Shown here piece after piece: positions 11,560 through 22,445 of a stretch of 64,000 bases of DNA. Each line of letters begins with the position of its first letter. Position 1 is the stretch's first letter. The position numbers were made by a program, and so were the translations under genes. The stretch is taken from positions 11,346,001 to 11,410,000 of the forward strand of contig NC_088803.1 of NCBI RefSeq assembly GCF_011386835.1. The letters run 5' to 3'. The notes under the pieces were generated by a model, which was not told where the DNA came from, did no database searches, and saw only the letters and a list, made by a program, of their open reading frames with translations. This DNA comes from Chrysemys picta bellii (Eukaryota).

Positions 11560-11636
<77 letters not shown>

Positions 11637-12369
11637 GGGGCTGTATGGGGATAGATAGATAGATTTCATCATTCATTCAGTCTGTTTATCTGGGCTGTCC
11701 TTGGCCCCAGAATCCACAGCCTCTTCTGGGCATGGGGAGGAACAGAAGCATCTGAGGAGGAGTCCCTGGAGTGGATGGATGGCCGACCGTCCCACTGTTT
11801 CTAGGGCAGAACTGAGATGATCCAGGGAGAAGCTACGTCTTATGAGGATGTCTATTCAAATCTGGCCACTGGTGGGAAAGGTGGAGGCTCCTCATTGGCT
11901 TGGCCATGTCCCTGATGTAACGGCAAACCAATGGACACTGGGACATGGGTGGGACGTTTGCCATCGGGTGAATCTGGGGTAAGATTGCAACCAAGAGGGT
12001 GGGGAGTGATAATCACCTGGGGTATCCATCTCAACTGAGGACTTGGGACTTAGGAGATCCTCAAGGTTCTGCGCTGGGATCTGGAAAGTGGCATAGAAAG
12101 AGGAATGGGTGTCATAGATGACTTGCTATGAAATTAGGTACTGGTTAGAGAAGGGGTGGCTTCAGGAGGGGAGTGGGGTCTAATGATTAAAGAACGGAGG
12201 GGGGCTAGAAGCAGAATTCCTGGGTTCTATTCCAATGCAGCATTGAGCAAGTCTCGTAACTTCTTTTGTGTCTCTCCCCAGTGGTAAAGTGTTTGTGTTC
12301 TTTGTGTGACAAATTGTATAAAACTCCTCTGCCAAATTCTTGAGCTCCTGTATCTCAACGGAGCTTCGG

Positions 12370-13045
12370 TTGACACCAGCCGGGATCTGGCCTATTGACT
12401 CCAATGGAACTATGGCCAATTGACACCAGCCAGGATCTGGCCCATTGACTCCAATGGAACTATGGCCAATTGACACCAGCCAGGATCTGGCCCATTGACT
12501 CCAATGGAACTATGGCCGATTGACACCAGCTGGGATCTGGCCCATTGACTCCAATGGAACTATGGCCAATTGACACCAGCCAGGATCTGGCCCATTGACT
12601 CCAATGGAGCTATGGCCAATTGACACCAGCCAGGATCTGGCCCATTGACTCCAATGGAGCTACGGCCGATTGACACCAGCCGGGATCTGGCCCATTGACT
12701 CCAATGGAACTATGGCCAATTGACACCAGCCAGGATCTGGCCCATTGACTCCAATGGAGCTACGGCCGATTGACACCAGCTGGGATCTGGCCCATTGACT
12801 CCAATGGAACTATGGCCGATTGACACCAGCTGGGATCTGGCCCATTGACTCCAATGGAGCTATGGCCGATTGACACCAGCCGGGATCTGGCCCATTGACT
12901 CCAATGGAACTACACCTGGTTGACACCAGCCAGGGAACTGACTTGTTGACTCCAATGGAACTACACCTGGTTGACACCAGCGGGGGAACTGGCTTGTTGA
13001 CTCCAATGGAGCTACGACCAGTTGACACCATCTGGGGATCTGGCG
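12370..13045. repeat. 50-bp tandem array, about 13 copies (TTGACACCAGCCAGGATCTGGCCCATTGACTCCAATGGAACTATGGCCAA)
   Basis: Exact 50-nt period; the first about 10 copies are near-identical and the last 3 more diverged. Confidence 0.95.
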
Positions 13046-13857
13046 CTTTATGTATTACTATAAATGATTGTTACCACAGCTATTATGAAGTCCTTTGAGA
13101 CAATATGGCATCTTGAGATTTGAATTTCCCTGTTCACATAGATTCATCAGTCTAAGGGGAGAGAGGATCATTAGATCATCCAGTTGGACCCACTCTATAG
13201 CACGGGCTGGCAAATTTCACCCATTTCCCCATATACCGAGCCCGATAACTTGTGTTTGACTCACGCATGCTCCAGAAAGGCAGCCAGCCTGAATTCGGAG
13301 CCATTTGTGCCAGATACATTGAGCGAATGAAGCAATCGCCTACAATTTGAGCTCTCCACATTTTTCAGTCTTAAACAGGAGACGGTTTCGTAGGCATTGT
13401 CCGCTGGGATGAGCCAGATTAATGTGAACGTCACTTCTACTAAGCGAGGGTAACATTCTCTCCCTTGGTAGCAGTAGCTGAATTTGGATCCCAGGTGCAA
13501 CCTCTGCAGACTTGTGAGTTTATGAGATTTTTGCCTTGGGGACTTTTCCGGCTCTGTGACACTGATGCCCTTAACCACCCCATTAATACCAATAAATGAA
13601 AGTGAATCCTCATTAATGAGTCTTATCATTCTAATATATACTTGTAAGACTATAATAAACAATGCTTAGCAATACACCACCCTTGAGATCAGAAAACTAA
13701 TCATTAATGACCAGTAAGTTTCAAAATTATTACTCACTAATAATTAACGATCAGCTGCTAATTACTAACTGCACATTATAAATGATTAGGGTGGATAAGT
13801 TACTATGAGGGACGCGTTCTGAATCTGGAATTAACTCTGCATCCTTCATGAAAGATA

Positions 13858-14768
13858 TCATAGAAACATAGAATATCAGGGTTCGAAGGGACCTCAGGAG
13901 ATCATCTAGTCCACCCCCCTGGTCAGAGCAGGACCTAATTCCCAACTAAATCATTCCAGGCAGGGCTTTGTCAAGCCTGACCTTAAAAACCTCTAAGGAA
14001 GGAGATTCCACCACCTCCCTAGGGAACCCATTCCAATGCTTTACCACCCTCCTAGTGAAAAAGTTTTTCCTAATATCCAACCTTAACCTCCCCCACTGCA
14101 ACTTGAGACCTTTACTCCTTGTTCTGTCATCTGCCACCACTGAGAACAGTCTAGATCCATCCTCTTTGGAACCCCCTTTTGATTAGTTGAAGGCAAATCC
14201 CCCCTCACTCTTCTCTTCTGTAGACTAAATAATCCCAGTTCCCTCAGCCCACAGGCACAGACTTTCCATTGTGCCGGGAGATGCTCGACTAGCACCAACT
14301 GTGCCCCAGGCCCCGCCCCAACTCCACTCCTTCCCTCAAGGCCACACCCCTACCCTGCCTCCACCCCACTTCTTCCCACCCCCGCTACACGTCTTCCCGC
14401 CCCGTTCTGGCCCCTCCCCCAAACGTTCCACATTTTCACTCCTCCTCCTTTCCCCCCAGCCTCCTGCATGCCGCGGGATGTGCGGGGAGGAAGGGAGAAG
14501 TGCTGATAGGGGGGCTGCCGGTGGGTGTTCAGCACCCACCATTTTTTCCCCCTGGGTGCTCCAGCCCCAGAGCACCCACGGAGTCAGCACCTATGCCTCA
14601 GCCTCTCCTCATAAGTCATGTGCTCCAGCCCCCTAATCATTTTTGTTGCCCTCTGCTGGACTCTTTCCAATTTTTCCACATCCTTCTTGTAGTGTGGGGC
14701 CCAAAACTGGACACAGTACTCCAGATGAGGCCTCACCAATGCTGAATAGAGGGGAATGATCACATCAA
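13858..14768 (-). mobile_element. 5'-truncated CR1 LINE (ORF2 C-terminus and 3' UTR), split by a MITE
   Basis: [38 protein letters not shown]|[32 protein letters not shown]; (TTCTATG)-type tail at about 13858. Confidence 0.93.
14250..14595. mobile_element. hAT-type MITE nested in CR1
   Basis: 8-bp TSD CCTCAGCC (14242-14249, 14596-14603); imperfect TIR CAYAGGYRCWGACT. Confidence 0.85.
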
Positions 14769-15740
14769 TATGTTGCAATCATATTATTCAGCATGAATAC
14801 CAATTGTTCTGGATTAATGATTAATGATCAGTTAATGACCATCCATCCATTATCAAATAATGAACACATATCAGTTATCAATTGATTTGTTGCCATTTGT
14901 TATAATTCATTCATCAGGAGCTAGTAGTTAATGATTAACATTCATAACTAGCCATTATTAATAAAAGATCATTAATAAAACAACATTAACAGAGATCTGT
15001 GACTCTGCAGGGACCAGTTATCCCACATGGTGGATGGGAAATATAAATGTTAAAAGTTCATTTTTCTCTGAGCTTTTGTTCTATATAAATGATCAGAGTT
15101 GGTGGCTGCTTTTTATTGAACTTGGTAACAATCTTTCATCTGGAAAGCATTTGATTTAGCAAATAAATAGTACAATTTGGATGCTGTAAAAATAAAATCT
15201 CTTTTCTAATATAATCCCAACTGGCTTGAATGAAAATTAGACAGAGATAGCTTTGAAATAATAACAATTGAGTCCTTTTTGCTATCACAAAAGAAATTAT
15301 TATTTATTATTATTAATTGCACAAGTACTAATGTCTATATTCTTTGTCATCTGATGTTATAGTTTGTAAAGATCAAATAATAAGGAGAAATATGCATTTA
15401 TGTAGAAATCTAAGCAGTAATAACGAGATCTAAATTGTACTAGTTTAAATTTGTTTTAATTCATTTATTTATTTAATAAAATGCTGTTATTAAGATATCT
15501 CTGCACCTATTAATTCATGTAATTCATGTTTATTGACATAGAGATCTAAATTCAATGAGATTGCTATGCCAACCTAATTCTTGATTTATATTTATGAAGA
15601 GATCCAGGTTTATTTCTAATGAGCTATAAAAGTGAGAATACTGTTAATGTATGTGTATAAACAGATGAAGGCGCATTAGATTGGGTTGTAAATATACTAG
15701 CATTACCAATATGTGTTTATAACAGAACACACAGGTTATT

Positions 15741-16660
15741 AGAACATAAGAACATAAGAATGGCCATACTGGGTCAGACCAAAGATTCATCTAGCCTAGT
15801 ATCCTGTCTTCCGACAGTGGCCAGTGCCAGGTGCCCCAGAGGGAATGAACAGAACAGGTAATCATCAAGTGATCCATCCCCTGTCGCCCATTCCCAGCTT
15901 CTGGCCATCAGAGGCTAGGGACACCTCCCTGCCCATCCTGGCTAATAGCCATTGATGGACCTATCCTCCATGAATTTAGTTCTTTTTTGAACCCTGTTAT
16001 AGTCTTGGTCTTTCCAACATCCTCTGGCAAGGAGTTCCACAGGTTAACTGTGCGTTGTTGAAGAAATACTTCCTTTTGTTTGTTTTAAACCTGCTGCCTA
16101 TTAATTTAATTTGGTGACTCTTAGTTCTTCTTGTGGAAGTTGGGAAAAGCGCACACATCTTAGTCTTCCAGGAAGAGCAAGAGTCAGGCTAACTCTTCTA
16201 TTTAATAATGTGAGACTTTAATGCAGGGACTGGGTTAGTGGAAAAGAACTGTAAGAGAGGTTGTTTTGACCTTGTGTTAGATAAGAATGGAACGCAGACT
16301 ATAGCAAGAACTGCTGAAAAAAGTAAAATATCAGGAAGGAATATGTATAAACAAAATGCAGTTGTTGATCATTACTGTATGTCACAAAAGGTATAAATAC
16401 TTGCCTTAATTATTTATCTAATGGAGCCCTGCCTCGGGAGGGGAACACCTGCCCGTGAGTACTTTCCCCTTGGAAGTGTTAAAGAAAATAAAGCTGCCTC
16501 TGGGATGTTGCAACCAACCTCAGAGTGAGAACTCGTTTTTCTCACACATTCTGTACAGAGGAGTAAATAATACTTCCTTATTTATTTTCTCCACACCCGT
16601 CATGATTGTCTAGACCTCTATCATATCCCCCTTAGTCGTCTCTTTTCCAAGCTGAAAAGA
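15741..16660 (-). mobile_element. Second CR1 3' fragment, split by a solo LTR
   Basis: AGAACATA repeat tail and CR1 3' UTR/ORF2-end sequence on both sides of the insertion. Confidence 0.85.
16132..16548 (+). mobile_element. Solo LTR (417 bp)
   Basis: TG..CA ends, 4-bp TSD TTCT, internal GTATAAATA (about 16391) and AATAAA (about 16487). Confidence 0.85.
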
Positions 16661-17834
16661 GCCAGCCACATATAGTTGGGGCTAGGGAGAAGAAGAAGAA
16701 GAAGAATACTAAAGATTTGCATTTAATTATTCCTCTTCTTATCAATAATAAATGCTTATAAAGATCTGCATCATTAGATTTCTTTTCAACATTATGTTTG
16801 CTCTTAATTAATGTGTAGAAGTAGGAAAAAATGAGAATAGATTGTCTTAAACACCCTGATTGCTCTTAATGGGTGTGTGTGAACTGAATGAAATGCTCTT
16901 TGACTGATAATATGATTGCTTCTAATAAACACTTGGAAACTGATTGAAGTGTTGTCAGACTGCTTTATAAACACATTGATTGCTTTAAATAAATGTACAT
17001 AAACAGTTTGAAATAACAGTAGGTTGAGCTGTAAACAATGCATTTGCTATTAATAAATATTTATAAGGAATTGGAACAGTATTTGAATGATTTATAAATA
17101 TTATTGTAATCGAAACATGATTGCAAAAGATTAACATTATTATTTAGATTTTTATAGTCATGATTATTAATACATATTATCAAATATATTGATATTAATT
17201 AGGTTACTTTATACATATGGTTATTATTAATGCATATTTATTTAAAAGAGCTGTATATTTTTATTGCTGAGGTCACTTAAAATATATGTAACAATTTTTT
17301 TTATGATTTGGAGCTGAGTACAAGCATTTTAAAATTATTATACAACTCTATGCATCAAAAGAAAGCTCTAAACGAAACCAACAGGAATAGGATCAAAATT
17401 AATAAAAAGTGATATGGGATTTCAATTAATTATATTAGCACCAGGAACTTTCCAAGGTAAGTATTCCTTCAGATACTACAATATAAGAGTAAGATGATAG
17501 ACAGGTAGATAAAGTACATATGAGAGAGGGAGAGATATGTGTGAACTGGATAGATGAATAAGTACAGATAGGCGAGAGAGACAGATAACACCACATAGAG
17601 CAATAGATGGATGGATACAGAGAGAGAGACAGAGGGACAGAGAGAGAGCGACTGAACTAATTCCACCTAGGAAGGATGACTGGATAGACAGATGGATCTA
17701 TAAAGTACATGAGAGAGAGAGAGAGAGAAAGAAGGAGGGATATGTGCAATATCGATAGTTAAATAAGTAGATATGGGACAGATAGTGAGATAGAGGGATA
17801 TGTATGGGATGTATGGGCAGATAGATAGACAGAT

Positions 17835-17970
17835 TGTAGTGTTGTTGTTCCAGTGTTGGCCCCAGGATATTAGGGAGACAAGGTGGGTGAGGTGATATCT
17901 TTTATTGGCCCAACCTATGTGTCTCTCTCATCAACAGATGTTGGTCCAAGAAAACTTATCACCTCACCAA
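17835..17970. mobile_element. Penelope-like terminal fragment with inverted repeat
   Basis: GTGAGGTGATATCTTTTATTGGCCCAAC pairs imperfectly with GTTGGTCCAAGAAAACTTATCACCTCAC; resembles turtle Penelope ends from memory, not verified. Confidence 0.55.
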
Positions 17971-18227
17971 CCGGGTCACTCAGAGAGAATTCCACAAAGG
18001 AAAAAGATGGATGCGAGTTTGAAAGAAATCATTATGGAGCTGCGTCTCTTCCTTCCTTTGGGCTGGAAATTGGAAAGACAGACAGAAAGACGCCCTCTCT
18101 TGCTGGGGAATGTCCCGATCCGTGTTTCCCAGCCCCGAGGCCAGGCCGGTTTCAGGACCGATTGCAAAACGCACCGGTCACTAGCCGCTCTGGGTGGAAG
18201 CAGCCGAGGTTTTTTCTCAGTAGTTTA

Positions 18228-18244
18228 TTGCCCTCTAGTGGCGG
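18228..18244 (-). promoter_or_regulatory. CTCF-like motif CCGCCACTAGAGGGCAA in a CpG-rich patch (about 18040-18330)
   Basis: Direct match to the CTCF core CCASYAGRKGGC; surrounding sequence retains many CpGs. Confidence 0.65.
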
Positions 18245-18382
18245 CCTGAGGCGCTGCCAACCACCCTTTCCCTTTTTCCTTCTGGTCGAACAAAACCAGC
18301 CCCTTTCTTGGTTTGAAATGCTTGATTTATGCCAGACTCAGGGGCCAAACTTCAGGACTAGGAGCGTTTAGAAGATCTAGGG

Positions 18383-18603
18383 CAGGGGTTCTCAAACTGG
18401 GGCTCAGGACCGCTCAGGGGGTTGTGAGGTTATTATGTGGGGGGGTCGCGAGCTGTCATCCTCCACCCAAAATCCTGCTTTGCCTCCAGCATTTACAATG
18501 GTGTTAAATATATTATAAAGTGTGTTTAATTTATTAGGGATGGTCGCACTCAGAGGCTTGCTGTGTGAGAGAGGTCACCAGTACAAAAGTTTGAGAATCA
18601 CTG
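18383..18603. mobile_element. hAT-type MITE
   Basis: TIR CAG(G/T)G(G/A)TTCTCAAAC; perfect TSD ATCTAGGG. Confidence 0.88.
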
Positions 18604-20174
18604 ATCTAGGGGATATTTTGGAGCCCATCTGAAAGAAAATCAGCTCCCAGCTCTTAGTAATAATAATACAATTATAAACTGTACAATAATACAACGTATT
18701 TATGTACCTCATAATTGAAATTAAAATAGCCAATAGGGAGAGCGCTATAGCTGTTAGCGTGGAGGCCATGAGCCAGGACTCCTGGGTTCTGTCGCTGGTT
18801 CTGGGAGGGGAGTGGGGTCTAGTAGTTCAAGCATGATGGGGCTGGAAGCTTGGACTCCAGGATTCTAATCCTAGCTTTGTCACAGACCCTCTGTGTGATG
18901 TTTTGACAGCTCTATCCCCTCTCTTTGCCTCAGTTTCCCCATTTATAAAGGAGCTAATGACACTTCCTTACCTCCTGGAGGGTTTTAAATGCTCAGTACA
19001 TCAGTATCCATGAAGTGCTTTGAGATCTTTGGCTGATAAATCCCATGGAAGCATTTTGTCATGAAATCAAACTGCTCATATTCCTGCAATACAGAATCCA
19101 TGCTGGCTACAGAAGCTGAGTTGGCCATACTGAATTTATTCGAGCTAAGCCGGAATTTGTTTGTACCCCATGAAACTGCCAGCAAAACTCTGTTTGGTCC
19201 TAAGCAAGAAGAGCCACATTTAGACAAATGTTTTCCTACTTCTGCTGACTCTAGCTGAACGGGTGGAGCAAATAGAAAGATCCCAACACATGCACTAAGA
19301 GCGAAACATGGTATTCAAGGGCACGGACGTTCTGGGGAGTCTACAGGTGGTAGAAACTCCAGAAAAAACATACTTAGTCCTTGACACATGCCCTCTATGC
19401 CACATTTCCTGCTGTGTGTTGTCATGAGTGGTCAAAGTAACATAAACCTTGTTACTATTAACTGAAACGTGCCAATAAATAATCATCTCAGAGCTGGTTT
19501 AGCTCTGGAATGACACCAGAGGTATGCCATAAATCATACAGGTCATCTCCATGGATACTATAGAGTTACTCTGTAAATACTACACAATTATTTCATTGCA
19601 ATTAGGAAAGGACAAGAGAGTTGCTCTTCAGATATGCTGTAACTGCTACAGCGCTACTCCACAGATACTATGGAGTTACTCCATCTATCTCCATCTAGAG
19701 TTACTCAGCAAATACTGAAGAGTTACACCAAAGTAAATGAGACCAGAACCTGAGTTTACACATAGAAAACAACATTACAGACCCTACACTTACAAAATTA
19801 GTAATGAGTTACTCGGTAGATACTACAGAAACACTGCACTCTTAGGCACAGATCTTCAAATAACTCCAGGCTCCTTACTGCTGTTGAAATCAATGGGAGT
19901 TAGGGACCTAAATAGCTTTGAGGATCTGGGCTACACTGTATATATCCTACAAAATTAGTATAGAATTGCTCCAGAGGTTCTTCAGAATGACTCAATAGTT
20001 TGAACAAAATTATTAGACAGTTAGTCCATAGATACTAGTGATTTACTCCACGATAACTTTATCACTACTACAGATTTACTCCTTAGATAGTACAAATATG
20101 CTCAGCTGTAACTGAAATAAGACCCTGGCCATGCATGTACGAAAAACATTCCCAAAGTCTGCAATTTTCTATGA

Positions 20175-21119
20175 TTACTTGCTCAGTTCCCTTCCCCAAG
20201 ACCCATATCTGCCAACCATCCTCCTCATGGCCGACTTCACCTCCTTGTTCCTGAGGGTGTAGATCATGGGGTTGGTGAGGGGGAAGACCACGGTGTGCAG
20301 CACGGCTACCACCTTCTCCATGGGGACAGCGCGGAAGGGAAGGCAGTAGATGTAGATGGCCGGCACAAACATGACAAAGACGACGATGATGTGGGTGATG
20401 CAGGTGGAGGCCACTTTGCTCTGGCCCCGGGGAGAGCATGCCCGGAGCTTGAGCAGGAGGAGGGAATAGGAGACCAGGAGGAGAAGGAAGCACAGCAGTA
20501 TGACCAGCCCATTGTTGGAGAAGGTCAGGATCTCCACCAGGGCAGTGTCGGTGCAGGCCAGCTTGATCACCTGGGGCACATCGCAGAAGAAGTTGTCCAG
20601 AACGTTGGGGCCACAGAATGGGAGCTGGGCAATCAACCCTACCAGGATGATGGCGTGAATAAAGCCCCCTGCCCAAGATGCCCCCACCAGGGCCCAGCAG
20701 ACCCCCCTGCTTACCATGCTAGTGTAGCGCAGGGGCTGGCAGACAGCCACGTAGCGGTCATAAGCCATGGTGAGAAGGAGGAAGGCTTCGGCCGCCCCCA
20801 GGAGGTGGAGGAAGAAGATCTGGGCCATGCAGCCCATGTAGGAGATGGTCTTGCGGCGAGAGAAGAAGTCAGCCAGCATCTTTGGGGGGGTGACAGAACA
20901 GTAGCATATGTCCAGGAAGGCCAGGTTGGCCAACAGGAAGTACATGGGGGAGCCCAGGCGGGGGTCACCCCAGACAGTGAGGATGATGAGGACGTTGCCC
21001 GGGAGGATGACGGTGTAGAAGAGCAGGAAGAGGAAGAAGAGGATGAGCTGGACTTCATGGGCAGGGGACAAGCCCAGGAGGACGAATGTAGTCACCACTG
21101 TCCAGTTTGCTTGTCCCAT
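20175..21119 (-). CDS. Olfactory receptor, family 4 (OR4M/OR4N-like), intact, 314 aa from MGQANWT
   Basis: Single coding exon with [51 protein letters not shown] and an N-terminal NWT sequon. Confidence 0.95.
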   Translation of the reverse strand: MGQANWTVVTTFVLLGLSPAHEVQLILFFLFLLFYTVILPGNVLIILTVWGDPRLGSPMYFLLANLAFLDICYCSVTPPKMLADFFSRRKTISYMGCMAQIFFLHLLGAAEAFLLLTMAYDRYVAVCQPLRYTSMVSRGVCWALVGASWAGGFIHAIILVGLIAQLPFCGPNVLDNFFCDVPQVIKLACTDTALVEILTFSNNGLVILLCFLLLLVSYSLLLLKLRACSPRGQSKVASTCITHIIVVFVMFVPAIYIYCLPFRAVPMEKVVAVLHTVVFPLTNPMIYTLRNKEVKSAMRRMVGRYGSWGRELSK

Positions 21120-22264
21120 CGTGCTGGACACACACATGCACAGGAAGCAAAGATGTTGCTCAGTAACCAGCCCCCCAAGTCTAAGGGTAGCCCTGTAGTG
21201 AGGCCACTAGCCTAGGTTGTGGGTTCAACTCCCTATTCTGCCACAGACTTGCTGTCTCATTTTGGGGCCAGAACACCAAAGGGATTTAGACACCTAATCC
21301 AGGTGCGCCCAATGGGAGTTCGGTGCCTGAGCTGCTTCTGAAAAGTCCCAATGCATCTGAATGCCCCTAAGTACCTTTGGAAATCTGGACCGCAGCGTCT
21401 CAGCCATTGAACGGAGGCAGCTTGTCAGGAGGGGAAAGTATGAGCGGAGTTGAGGAGGGGAACCCGGGGTCACAACCGTGGGTACCAGTGGGTGGAGGGG
21501 TGTGTCGAGCAGAGGGAGTCAGGTGGCAGTTAGCCAGGTCCCCACTTCGGTGCCCCCCCACACTCAGCTCCTTCTCTGCCATCATGTCCCCTCAGCTGGC
21601 CCCGTGTCCTGGCTGCACCTGATGCTCCGGTAGAGAGGAACCGGAATAACATCAGGGCTCAGAGATGGACAACATCTCCATGCGACTGATGGGGCACAGG
21701 GCTCCCCATGCAGCCCCTCTGCCCATGCATGGTCCTGACAGGACTCGGCAAAGCCGCAGAGCAGCCCAGGTGCGAATCTAGGTGGGCAGAGGGCTGCTGG
21801 TTGGGACTGAGGCATCAGCAGGGCTGTGGGTGGGGGGAGGCCAGGGCTGGAGTAGCAGGGGCTGCGGGTTGGGAGTGAGGTGGGAGCAGAGCCAGGGGGA
21901 CACAGAGCAGCTGTGCTGTAATGGCCGGCGGGCAGGGGGCTGGTGCAGGAGGCACTGCCATTGGGATGCGGATGTGTGGGAGTTTTGGGGAGGAGGAAGG
22001 AGAAGCAGCTGGATCCCAGGCTGTGGTAGGGGCCGTGCAGGGGGCACTGGTGAATTCATGCCCAGCCATGCCCGGGCAGCACATCTTTGCACTGGAACTA
22101 CAGGCCTGTCAGGATCCTGCGGGCTGGCACTACCCCCAGCCCATGCCTGGCTGGCAGGAGGCCAGGAGTAGGGAAGTTGCACCCGCAGGTGGCAATGGAG
22201 GGCACCATGCCAGATGGAGAGAGAGCAAAGGAGGAATAAAAGAGACAGAGGGCGAGTGGTGGAG

Positions 22265-22445
22265 ACTCACCCTGAGTTGCCTTCGGTAGAGTGAGAGGTG
22301 CTCAGCCGAGTGCCATCTTCATCCCCTGCAGCCACACGGCCCCCGGCTATATCCCCGCTGGCTGGGATGGGCGTCACCAATCCCCACTGCGGGGGGGCGG
22401 GGGGTGGGGGGGCGGTGTGTGCAGCTGCAGCTCGCTTAATTCAGC
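22265..22445 (-). promoter_or_regulatory. Probable first non-coding exon and promoter of the OR at 20175-21119
   Basis: GG|GTGAGT donor (22265-22270), GGGGATATAGC TATA-like element (around 22347-22353) shared with the three other OR promoters, TAATT at 22437-22441. Confidence 0.5.

Larger units (their letters stand above)
11363..17700 (-). pseudogene. Decayed duplicate of the VJ-C1 gene 5' region (V-exon stub, leader intron, dead leader, promoter, upstream AT-rich block)
   Basis: 11363-11394 aligns to 4776-4806 (acceptor lost). 11755-11960 aligns to 5225-5430 with the start ATG changed to ATC (11778-11780). 17350-17480 aligns to 8200-8335. The rest of V, J and C are absent. Confidence 0.8.

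Noticed and set aside
12370-13045. CRISPR-like array
   Set aside because: Contiguous 50-bp units with no unique spacers, no cas genes, vertebrate context.
20295-21215. 306-aa plus-strand ORF (and similar ORFs opposite the other ORs)
   Set aside because: Antisense shadow of GC3-rich OR coding sequence; no independent domain signature.
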